Source of the DNA: Felis catus
Taxonomy: Eukaryota
Assembly (NCBI RefSeq): GCF_018350175.1
Contig: NC_058368.1
Span: 21,950,001 to 22,014,000, forward strand
Reading direction: 5' to 3'
DNA: 64,000 bases
The translations under genes and the position numbers were made by a program. Position 1 is the first letter of the stretch. Every line of letters starts with the position of its first letter. Below are positions 12,871 to 25,420 of the stretch, piece after piece. The notes beneath the pieces are model-generated. The model saw nothing but the letters and a program-made list of their open reading frames with translations. It was not told where the DNA came from and did not search any database.

Positions 12871-13579
12871 GATGTTAGGATTTCTGCACAAAAGTATTTC
12901 CCATACTGATTAAGTATCTTCACTTTGTGTACTACCTAAAACATCTTTACTGTGAATAAATGGACTTAACTTTCCTCATCTGTCTGGAGCCTGTTTGTTG
13001 GCTTGTAACTTTTGCTCCTCTTCCTAGTTCCTAGGTTTCTCACTCCGTAAAACAATTTCAAGTTAAATTTTCATCTAGTTTAATATTTTTAAGAAATTAA
13101 ATTGGGTCCAAACTTTGAACAGGTTTTTTTTTTTAATTTTTTTTTAATGTTTATTTACTTTTGAGAGAGAGAGAGAGAGAGAGCAAGCGAGTGGGGGAGG
13201 TGCAGAGAGAGAAGGAGACACAGAATCCGAAGCAGGCTCCAGGCTCTGAGTTGTCAGCACAGAGCCCTACGTGGGGCTCGAACTCAAGCTGTGAGATCAT
13301 GACCTGAGCTGAAGTCGTACGCTCAACCGACTGAGCCACCCAGGTGCCCCGAATGGGTTTTGTTTTTTTTTAATGTTTATTTTTGACAGAGAGAGAGAGA
13401 GAGAGAGCGAGCGAGTGAGCACGAGAGCACTGCAAACTGGGAAGGGGCAGAGAGAGAGACAGAGACAGGCTCATAGCACAGAGCCCAATGCAAACTTACT
13501 AAGCATGAGATCATGATCTGAGCTGAAGTCAGATGCTTAATGGACTGATCCACTAGGTGCCCCAAACTTCAAATAGGTT

Positions 13580-13585
13580 TTTATT
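13580..13585 (-). terminator. Candidate proximal SETDB2 polyadenylation signal AATAAA
   Basis: First AATAAA I noticed downstream of the stop codon (about 1.2 kb away). Usage is unproven. Confidence 0.35.
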
Positions 13586-14793
13586 TGAACAGTAACCAAA
13601 CTAAACCCAGAATCAAGTACAAAAGAGAAGAAAAAAAGACATAAAACCTCTCAAAAGCCAGAACTACTTTTAATTACTACTTTTTGAGCTGGTATTCCTG
13701 TTCTGGTTCCAAGGGAGAAGCTCCTGGCAGTCAAATGTACATCTTTGTTATGGGTAAAATTAGTTTTGACTCTTGGAGATTCCCAGTCCTCTTTCTGCTC
13801 CATGATAAGGGCTGGGTAACCCATAGCAGAGTAACTCCCTTTTTCTCAACAAAAACAATTTGCACATCATACACAGGAGAATTCAAGCAGCTGTTCCAGA
13901 CTTTACAATTGAGTAGAACTGCCTTGTTTTGTTGTTGCTGTTGGTTTTTTTTTAAGTGAAATTCTTGCCCAGCACACTCCCTTCTGGCTTAAGAAAGACA
14001 TTATTTTTCTAAGTTTTGCTAGTTTCTAAGTTTTGTTTTTCTTATGGCTCTCCTCTACTTAGAACAAAAACATTCCAATTCCTCCAGGTTTCTATTCCCT
14101 TTGTTTCTTGTCTGTGTACTGGAGAAGTACAGAGAACCTATGGAAAAGACGTTTCCTCTCAAAGTTTGCCAAAACCTTCCCCATAGGGAGAGCTTCTCCA
14201 TCTTAGCACTCAAATGGTTTGACGGGGCAGAGTTGCAAGGAGCCAGACAGAGCTTCTCCAACTAGTGTTAAAATATTGGAAGTGATATGTATAAAGTTAG
14301 TTCTTACATATTCCTCAGGCTCTGTTGCCCACCTTATGGCTTATAATGATAAATTATTTGCCAAGAATTAAACAAATTTTGTAAGTAACGATGTGAAATT
14401 TGGCCTTTTGGGGGCATAAACTCAAAGATAATAATCACAAAAGTAAATACGATCAACTGAATTCTATTGTGACATTTGTTTCTCTTAATATATAATTTAC
14501 AAATAAGTTACAAACTGTATAATGGTATTTCATATAAAATATACACTTCCATCCCACTCATGTAAAGTTGAACAGCAGAAAGAATAAAGAGATAGCCTAT
14601 GTGTATGAAAATGTCCTTATTTTGTTTCTAGCACTTTAAGCCACACAAATGAATTCCCTGACAAGGGTAAACTGAGACGAATTCTCTTGATGGATCACAA
14701 CCTAAGTTAATTCCACTGATGACTGAAAGTTTCTTGCATGGCTCTAATTGCAGCGTGATAAGCTAATTTCTTCAATAGGCATTAGCTACAAAT

Positions 14794-14911
14794 TTATAAT
14801 ATTTTCTTTCTACATTTATTAACCCCACACTGGCAGAGGATTTCTTTCTCAGGCACAGTCCCGGCTTCATACCCATAATCCCATGTTAGTTCTGTTCTTG
14901 CTTTCACATAC
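14794..14911 (-). CDS. SETDB2: SETDB2 last coding exon ([38 protein letters not shown])
   Basis: tttctag|GTAT acceptor; ELxxDY motif; post-SET CxCx4C; TAA at 14796-14794. Confidence 0.97.
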
Positions 14912-17900
14912 CTAGAAAGTAGAAATGAAAAAAGTAAACAAATTACTCTGAGTAACTACCAAATGAACCAAATTTATTATATCAATTTCTTAGTAACATT
15001 ATTAAAAATCTTCAACCACCATCCACCAGTTAGGAATGCTCTTTTATTAAGAATAATCATTTGAGTTTTTTTTTTAAGATTTTTTTAAAGTTTATTTATT
15101 TATTGAGAGAGTGTGTGAGAGTGCGCGCGAATCAGGGAGGGGCAGAGAGAGAGAGAGAGGGAGGGAGAGAATCCCAAGCAGGCTCTACACTGTGAGGGCA
15201 AAACCTGATGAGGGGGTCAAACTCATAAGCCGTGAGATCATGACCTGAGCCGAAGTCAGACACTTAACTGACTGAGCCACCAAGGCATCCTAATCATTCG
15301 AGTTTTATTTCAAATCTACTAAAATCCTAAGTAAGAAGAAACTTGTCAATATCCCAAGAAAGGAAGTGTTTTACAAACAGTGGAACCTAGTGACATGAGG
15401 AGGTCTGTGGTACAAGGCCTGTGGTGTGATAGTTGGGGGGTAGTTCTGACTTAAAGAACTAGTTAAAGATATTCTATATCACTTATTCCCTGAATTGAGC
15501 TGGACAAGACCTGCCATTGTCAGCCCTTTCAGGCATTAATTTTCAAAGGAAATAAGAACTGAAATTTTAGCTGTTTAAAATTTTATTGACTAGGAACAGT
15601 TTGGGATAAATGAATATTCTAGGGTACCAGATATTAGGGGCTGTAAGCACATATTTTCTTTTATATTTTCCTATTATTTTTTACAATTTCAAAATTAAAT
15701 CACATAAAAGAAGTTTCAAACCTGTTGGTGAAGAATGCCACCAATGGAAAATTCCTGTCACGTGTTTCTACAAAAACATTCTGTACCAAAAGATTTGGGC
15801 AACAACTATGCTGTTAAAATAAATAAATAAACACAGAGGTTAGATAAAGAGTTTGATACCTCGTTTTTGAAGCATTAGAATATCATTCTGTTTCTAGCAC
15901 ATCTCACTTATTTTCATTTCTTTGGTTTTGCTAATATGCAAAATATCAGAGACTGTAATTTTGTTAATATTAGGAACCCAATCGGAAAAGCTCTGTTCTG
16001 ACATTCTTATCCTGCTGGTAGAAATGCAAAATGGTACAAACTTCTATAGAAGATAATTTGTCAATTTTGTCAATATTATAAATGCATTTATCCTTTGATT
16101 CAGCAATCCCCTATCTGGGAGTGTATTCTACAGGTACATCTGTACATGTATCTATGTGTAAGATTATTCACTGAGCATTGTTTCTAAAAGTTTAGAGACC
16201 CAAATGTCTTATCTAAAGAGGATTGGTTACAAAATAAACTTTGGTATATCCATACAATGGAATCCTATGCAGCTATAAACAAAAACAAACAAAAAGAAAG
16301 AGAACCTCAGTGTACTGATATGGAAAGGTCTCCAGAGTATATTGTTAATTAAAAAAACAAGGCATAGGACAGTGAATATGCTGTTATGTGAGAAAGGGGG
16401 AAAATAAGAATATTTATATTTACTTGTATTTCCATAAAAAAACACTATAAGAATACGTAAGAAAGTAATAAAAATGATTTTACATATAGAGGGTAGAGTA
16501 GGGACAAGGTTAAATGAATGGAGGCATAGTTATTTTTTAGGGTATTTTTTTTTAACAGGACAAAAAAGGTTAATACGAAGAATGTATGTGACCTGAGTTT
16601 TACATGATCATCAAACAGACCTTCTAGAAAGGGAACATATGTAAGCAACTGACATCTCTGCTGAACACAACCATTAGTTACCCTTGTTCAAGGCTTCTAA
16701 CATGATATTATTTTCTTTGATTACCACCATTCCAATATTGTTCTATTGCCCACTAGCTCCCATCTCCATATATTCATCTATTCCCAGATTCACAAAAAGA
16801 CCAAATCCCAGCAATTTTCCTTGAATATGTCTGCCACCATTCAATTCCAATGATAACTTCCTGTCCACATTTTTTCAGTTGTGCCAGTAAGCTTTACTCA
16901 TCATGCATACATATAAGCTCAGAGTTACCCTGAAACAGAATTCTGTTTGGCTGTATGTATGTATTCTGTATGGCTTTTTATTTATTGATATATTTGCTTT
17001 AATTTTATTTCCATTTTAAAATCACGAATGTATTTTCTTTTTCTGTTTCTTTTTTTTTTAAGTTTATTTATTTATTTACTTAGAGAGACAGAGAGCAAAC
17101 ATGCACAAGCAGGGTAAGGGCAGAGAGAGAGCATCCCAAGCAGGCTTTGTACTCTGCACTGAGCCCAACATTGGGCTCAATCTCATGACCATGAGATGAA
17201 ATCAAGAGTCAGATGCTCAACTGACTGAGCCACCTAGGTGCCCCACAAATGTATTTTCTATATTAAAAAAAAAAAGGAAGGAAGGAAAGAGGGAAGAAAA
17301 AGGGGAGAGGAGGGGAGGGGAGGGGAGGGGAGGGGAGGGGAGGGGAGGGGAGGGGAGGGGAGAGGAGAGGAGAGGAGAGGAGAGGAGAGGAGAGGAGAGG
17401 AGAGGAGAGGAGAGGAGAGGAGAGGAGAGGAAGACAGATTAATTCTATTTTTCCCACAACAAGAGAGTTTTTCCAAAACTCAGGTGGTGTGCCAATTGGG
17501 AGAGGTAAAACCAACCATATGGTTCTGGTGCAGCCACTTTCAACACAGCTGACAGGAAATAAAGCCATGACAGTTCTTTGTTGGGGATCCTTCTTTAATG
17601 GCCCCTTAGTTATGTTTAATGGCATCTGACATGTTTGGCAACAGTAGAGAAGTAGTCAAAGTGGAATAAAGAACAGCAGTTGGGGACAGAGGAAGAGAAG
17701 AAAGGATTCTGTTCTTTGTTAACCAAGTATCCTCCTAACTAGGTGAAAAAGAAGACAAATAAACAGATCACCTAGCAAGGAAAAGGCTATTTTTTTAATG
17801 TTTATTTATTTTTGCGAGAGAGAGAAACAGAGCATGAGTGGGGGAGGGGCAGAAAGAGAGGAAGACACAGCATCCAAACAGGCTCCAGGCTCTGAGCTGT

Positions 17901-20900
17901 CAGCACAGAGCCTGATGCAGGGTTTGAACTCATGAGTCGTGAAATCATGACCTGAGCTAAAGTAGGAGGCTAAACAGACTGAGCCACCCAGGCGCCCCAA
18001 AAGCTGTTTGTTTTTAAAGATTTGCTGACTTTAGGTTGGGCGGGGGAGGGGGGGAGCAGATGGGAGGGTGGGGGAGGCTGGGTTGGGCCTGCAGGTCAGA
18101 CAGGTGCTGAGTATTAAGGAGGGCACCTGTGATGAGTACTGGGTATTGTATGTCAGTGATGAATCACTAAATTCTACACTTGAGACTAATATTGCACCGT
18201 ATGTTAATTGGAATTTAAATAAAAACTTGAAAAAGAAAAAAGATTTTCTGACTTCAGAATCTTATTCCCTTTTGATGGCAGGTCAATTACATATGACTGC
18301 ACATAAATTTCAAACCATTCAAAAAAGCATAGAAAAAGAAGTTGTTTAGAAATGTGATCAGCCCATATACTCACATTAAGGAAGCGGCCCACATTTCCTT
18401 CTTTTGTGGCATCCAATAAAAACACATTCCCTTTATTGAACTTCTTTAGACAATCAGGTGAAGTGTTCTTGGTTTCGCTTGGGAACTCTTTATCACAAAA
18501 GACCTGCTGGTTTTGAAATGCTGGAGATCTTTCCCCTTGGGGCTTTTGTATTTGAGACTTGAATTCCTTTATAATATTCTGATTATCCAGTGGGGTTGCT
18601 TGGTTACATCTTTCCCCTGATGGTATTTCTTCTCTACATTTGGTTATATCTATCACATCTGATTCAATCAGCAGACTGTTTTCAGTGTCTTTAACTTGGT
18701 AAGAGCTTGAATCCTCTAAGAAACATTTTAGAAGGAAGTGTCAGCAAATATACTTGGTTAAGCAACAGTCCTGAGATTAACATACTAATTAAATGCTGGC
18801 TGCTTTAATTATCTCTAATTCTTACAATGTATGAAGATAGATAGTACTCCAATTTTACAAATGAAACGTTGAGCCTCTGAGAGGGTAAGAGATTCACCTG
18901 ACTGGCAATAACAATGAGAAGTGGGGTAAGAAACCAAGAACTGTCTCAAATATTTGAGAAATGTCTAGCTCCAAGTCTGCCTTCTTTATACTACCTTTTT
19001 ATGAATGTACTGCTTGCCTCCTGTTACTATTACTGTATTTAATCTCTACTACTCATAAACTGACTTACCTCTCTTCAACTCTAGAATCTCCGTTTCCATA
19101 TATTCTAAACACATGTAACAGTGGGTGTTTAGGGAGTACTCTAGGCCTGTAGGACAACAATGAAAAGCCTGAGAAGACCTGCTGGCATTACCCTCTACAA
19201 GTCCCAAGAGCAATAACTATATTGCTGGGGGTTGTGTACACATTAGTGTTTGGTAGTTCTGCTACATGACCACTCAATAGTTACAAGTTTTTAAGCAATA
19301 ATACCTTAGAGTAAGATACGCTGCCTTAATCATTTTTTATCCAATAATGGAAATATTTTTTTAGAATATTCAAAAGCATGAATCCTTGTCAAACAGAATA
19401 AGTAAAATCATTTATTCTTTAAAAGTTACTGTGTCACCTAACTCAGTGGCACAAATTGTTTCTTTTAATGGTTTTGATTTAATCATTACTGTTACTGGCT
19501 GCTGTTCCTACATGTTCTCCTATTTTAATCATAGGTTCCATGTGAACCATAATAGTACATAAATGATTTTTATAGTGCCTGCTATATATTAACACTATAG
19601 CAATCAATGAAAATAACAAAAGAACCAAAGCAGTAGTATTCATTATGGCTCACAGGCATGAAATGGTGAAGGAAACCAGACTATGTCATCCCAAAATATG
19701 CTTCTTTGACATAAGATTATTTTAGACTAACAGCGATTAAGCAGCATATGCAGGAAAAGCTCATTTCCCTCCCCTTATCTGTTTAAAAGCAGTACATAAA
19801 TTTACAAAGGTGTCCCTCCTCCTACTAGGAAGGACAAAAGTTAGTGACAAGAGACAACTTTACACTTTCATCAGCCTGGAAACCAAACCAGTGGAATCTA
19901 CGTAACAAACTTCACTAACTAGCCTTTATCCACTATTGGTTTCTCACATATTTACCTTCCCACAACTTGCTGCCACTAGAGACTCAAGGTCCTTTTCATT
20001 TGTCCTGTCACCCTTCTAAAAATTTATTGCTGTTGTTTTTTGAGAGAGAGAGGGAGAGAGAGAACACAACCAGGGGAGGGGCAGAGAAAGAGAATCTTCA
20101 GCAGGTTCCATGCCCAGTGTGGAGCCCAATGTGGGGCTCGGTCTCACAACCATGAGATAGATCATGACCTCAGCAGAAATCATGAGTCGGACGCTTGACT
20201 GAACCACCCAGGTGCCCCTAAAAATTTACTGTTCTTTGGCTAAGATGCTAGATAAGCCACAGTTCTAAGCTACTTCTTTGTTACTCATCTCTAAGTACTC
20301 CCAGGTGTTATATGTATGATACACATGGTAATAGTGATACATGGCAATAAATTTCTGCTTGCTTTTCTCTTGTCAATCTAATTTACAAGGCCTCACGCAG
20401 CTAACCTAAAATGGGTAGAAGAGATTTTCCTCCCCTACAATTATAGAATAATTATAATACATAAATATCCTTTGTGATAGACCTTTTCTGTCAAGCAGCT
20501 GCCTCGCTCCCTACTCCCAATCTCCGTCCTTTAAGACCAGGTTAGGAGTTGGGGATACAGATGCAAGGAAGCTCAAAGAGAGAAGAGGCAATGGCTGGTT
20601 ATTTAAAAAGGGTCATCTTTTAGCAGTATCCCTCTGTGAGGGAGATAGTGAAATGCAAAAGTACCAAAATCCAGGTCTGTCAAGTTGTAACATGAAATCC
20701 GGCAAGAATGGTAACATTCAAAGACAAGCACTCAGAATAGCAGTATTTTTGCTTTTTGCTGAGCATCTCTGCAGCAGTGTTGGGTGGAGTACTGTAGAAT
20801 GATGTATCTTTATTGTTAAAGAGTTAGGAAATGGCAGCTTTGGACAATGCTTCCAAAACCAAAGATAACACTGTGGACTACATAACTCAGAGTTGTCTCT

Positions 20901-23900
20901 ACCCCACTCCTTCCTGACATGCCCCAGATCACTGTTGGCATACAGACTAGAGGTTGGCAAACTTCTTCTGCAAGGGGACAGAGAGCAAGTATTTTAGGCT
21001 CTGTGGACCATATGGTCTCTGTCCTGACTATTCAGCAATGCTGACATAAATCATCAGAGACAATATATAAATTAATGAGTGTGGCTATGCTCCAACAGAA
21101 GTCTTTATGGACTCCAAAATTATAATTCCATATAATTTTTGAGTGTCACAAAGTATTATTCCTCTTCTCATTTTTTTTCCAGTTATTTAAAAATGTAAAA
21201 ATTATCATAGCTCATGGGCCATACATAAACAGATGGTGGGCCAGATTTGGTCCACAAATTATAGTTTGCCAACCTCTGATATAGACAAGAAGTAACTTAT
21301 ATAATGAATGCAGCTGTTTAAGTCTGAGAAAATGAGCCACAGGTATTGAGCAGGACAGACAAAACAGCAGAAGAGGCAGGCAATCACAGAGTGAAACAAA
21401 GCCTACTTTTCATCTCCTTGGCTTTGGAGTTCAGATGTACTTGGGTCGGTTTAAATCCATCATTATCTTCTGAGGTGACAGACTCTGAGGAAGTAAATCC
21501 CTTAAAAGAGAACAGGGAAGATGTCTTTACTTTCTAGCTCAGGAAAAATAATTTAATTTAGCAGTTAGCCCACTTTCATCAAGTGTCAATCTTCATAGGC
21601 TGTAGCTACCAGATTAGTTTTGAAAGCCTCAACGCTGATATCATAAGAAATCTCTGGAGTGATGGCGCCTTTTTGGCCGTGTTCTGCTTCTAGGCACTTT
21701 AGTAAACCACAGCTATAAAGACTTTATCAAGACTGTCAAGACATTCTTTAGGCATTAAAATTTAAAATAAAATTCTAATACATCCATCTGTATCCCTCAA
21801 TTCTGATACCAGATTTGGCTTCAACCGTAAGATGTGCAAAGACAAAACACACTTTGGCTAGTTTTTACTTCAAAGAGAAGGTTAAGGGAGTTGCCTATCT
21901 TTATGAGTTGTAGACACTGCAATCACTTCATATGGTAAGGGTAGCTTTTAAAAAGGGCATATACTTAACACCATGCTTGGCACTGAACTAACTGTTCAAT
22001 AAATGTTGACCATTATTAATTATTCAAGTTACTTAAAGGGTCAACATTTATTGAGCACTTGGGTGTCAGGCACTGTGCTACACAAAGTATCTGATGTTTA
22101 TCTCATTTAATCCTCTTAACTTTGAGATCATTTTACAAATAAAGGAACGTAGACTTGGAGAGATCACCTAGGTAGTAAGAAACAGAGCTGGAGGTCAAAC
22201 CCAGGTCCATGTGGTCTCATGGCCCAACTTTTTCATAATTTTGTGATCCTGAGGAGGTATTTACTGTACATTACTAGGGCAGAAGATAAATATCTGCACA
22301 CCACCTAGGGCGGAGTTTTTACTTTTCATCAACAAGCCCTACCATGAACTACCATTATGTCTTCCTGTTCTTTTTCCGGTATCTTTCTTTGCTTTCAGGT
22401 TATAGTCTCTGACTAGTTATTCTTCTCAGTACAGACTGAAAAGTGTACCTTTAGAGGCTATCATGTAAAATGGTACTTTCTGGAAGATTCTTTTATTAGG
22501 CTGTGCCTCTTCTTTCTCTTACATCTTACAACCTTATCTCCTAAGCCTACTGTATCTTTTTTCTTATTATGTATCACTATCAAGTCTGGAACACTTTAAC
22601 TTTTCCCACAAATTCTCAGAACTGGATAGCTTTCAGTCTCAGTGGAATACACTGTCAGATCATGACCAATCATCTCCTTATGTATCTAAGTTGGGAACAT
22701 GCCAATCCACCATGTAGGACACTAATAAAGCACGGTCTTAACATTTCAAGAGTACGCCCATTCCAAAATAATAAAAGAAATCCTACACATTAAATAACAC
22801 AAACAATTGGAACTAAGTAAAAGACAGAAAGATGAGATAATAGTTAATGTTCTCAGAAGGGCCCCATCTACATTTTGCAGTTTTTACCATCTTTTTCCCA
22901 TTGCGTTGAATAATGGCTGTCTTGGCTTTAGGACTTCTAATGACTGAATGATACTGAATTCTTGAAATATTGTTACATTTCGTTTCTCTGAAAAGGAAAA
23001 AAAAAGTTATTCTATATATCACTAAAAGTTCTCTTTATTGGACTTTGAAATACAGATATCGACTGTTACATAAATATCCATTAGAAATTAATCTAATAAC
23101 ATCTACAGATAGCCCCCACTAAAGAAAGAAACATATTTTAAAGTCAATCATATTTGAAGTACATTAAAAAAAAGAATCCATGGGGCGCCTGGGTGGCGCA
23201 GTCGGTTAAGCGTCCGACTTCAGCCAGGTCACGATCTCGCGGTCCGTGAGTTCGAGCCCCGCGTTGGGCTCTGGGCTGATGGCTCGGAGGCTGGAGCCTG
23301 TTTCCGATTCTGTGTCTCCCTCTCTCTCTGCCCCTCCCCCGTTCATGCTCTGTCTCTCTCTGTCCCAAAAATAAATAAAAACTTTGAAAAAAAAAATTAA
23401 AAAAAAAAAAGAATCCATGAAAAGCTTTGCACATAAGTTGGTAGAAAATACAAAGGACTGCAAAAGTTATGACATCCATAAAGACTCTGAATAAAGTCAT
23501 AAATTTTTTAAAGGTAAAACTCCAGAAATGGAACACTGAGGAAAAAAAGTATGTTGGCTAGATTTTAAAATCTAAGTGTTCTAGATTTCTCTGTGTTAAA
23601 CTTGTAACTGTGAAGCAAGTTGATATACAGGAGATACACAGGAGTAGGGGTAAAGTAAGACACAAAGAAAACCACGCTTGATCAATAATACAGATCAATC
23701 CTGATTAGGTTTCTAAGATTTTACTTACGTAACAGGTTCTTTTAAATTATTACGGAATGTGGGTGGACATTCCTCAGTCTCAGCACTTCTATGTGTTTCC
23801 AGGTCTAATGGGATAACTTCTACCTCACAATCTGCAACTTCTATTTTCCTCTTTTTTGAAAACATATTTTTCATAATATTCTCTTCCTTTCCATTTTCAT

Positions 23901-25346
23901 CAGTAGGATCAGGTTTCCCAGTGTTAGATCTGCTTAGTAATCTTCCTAAAAGAAAAAAGGGTTTAATGAGACAAAAGATAATTGCTAAGCAACAAAAGAG
24001 CATCTCTATTCTGCTCCATTACTAAAGAACCCTGTGAAATATCCTTTATTTCTAGAATGAAAATAAACACATTAACTAATCCTAGAAAACTCTTGTAAGA
24101 AATAATAAACAAAGGACCAGTGAGAGATTTCTTATCTTCCAGGATATGAAAAAACATTGGCCATCTAAAAAAAGCATTGTCTGTTCTGTTATAACATGAA
24201 AGAATAGATTTAGCTACAATAATATAAAACAAAAATATAGATCAGAAAGCATTCTAGAAAATTAGAGAGGTGAACTCCAGTCTTAAGATTACAGCTTTTA
24301 TGGGGCACCTGGGTGGCTCAGTTGGTAAAGCATCCAATCTCGGCTCAAGTCATGAGCTCATGGTTAGTGGGTTTGAGGCCCACATGGGGCTCTCTGCTGT
24401 CACCACAGAGCCCTCTTTGCATCCTCTGTCCCCCTTTTTTCTCTGCCCCTCCCCCACTCATTCTCTCTCCTTCTCTCTCTCTCAAAAATAAACATTTAAA
24501 GAAAAAGAGTATAGCTTTTGTGTCTAGTTAAAAATGCTGTATCAGCTAAAACGTATATTTTTTTAATAAAGTGACCAATTTAAATCTGAGGTGATATGCA
24601 CCTATTATTCTCATATTAAGTTCTAGTATAATATTAAAATCTTCAAGTTTATGCATTTTCTTGTAAGGGACTCAAAATTATACTTACCAAGTCAAAATTA
24701 GCAGCCGGATCAGAGAGATACCTTAGGTACATTTTCTAGTAATGCAGATAAAGCCAATGATACTTCCTGGACACCATGTAGCACCTTATAAGGCAGCTAA
24801 CTTTCATCAGAGTTATTTTGAGAAATAGGAGAGACAAATGTGTAGGTAAATTGTGTAGGATGTGTGTCTGTAAGTGGTATGTGACAGGGATCCAAGTGTG
24901 ACTGTTATGAATTATAATAATTCTTGCCCTCACTGAAGTGAACCTGGAATTTCAGATGAGAAGGGCTGCTCTGGTCCCTGCTGCCTTACTGCCAAGACTC
25001 AGTCTAGGACATTTCCTTTAGACTGGCTCCAGAGTTATGTTCCCTCAACCTTTCTCATTTCATGGTACACATAGGAAGTGAGGATTTTTGCCTGATACTC
25101 TGGGGTAAATGGCTGACACTACTGGAGACTGGTGTTTCTGGCCTGGTGGCTGTGACCAGAAAGAATCAGTAACTGCACAGGCGTGCCCAGGTGGCTCAGT
25201 TGGTTAAGTGTCTGACTTCAGCTCAGGTCATAATCTTGCGGTTCATGAGCTCGAGTCCTGCGTCAGGCTCTGTGCTGACAGCTCGGAGCCTGGGGCCTGC
25301 TTCAGATTCTGTGTCTCCCTCTCTCTCTGCCCCTCCCCTGTTTGTG

Positions 25347-25382
<36 letters not shown>

Positions 25383-25383
25383 T

Positions 25384-25420
<37 letters not shown>

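Noticed and set aside
17238..17625. Low-complexity ORFs (EERRG / SSPLL repeats)
   Set aside because: Translations of a pentanucleotide microsatellite.
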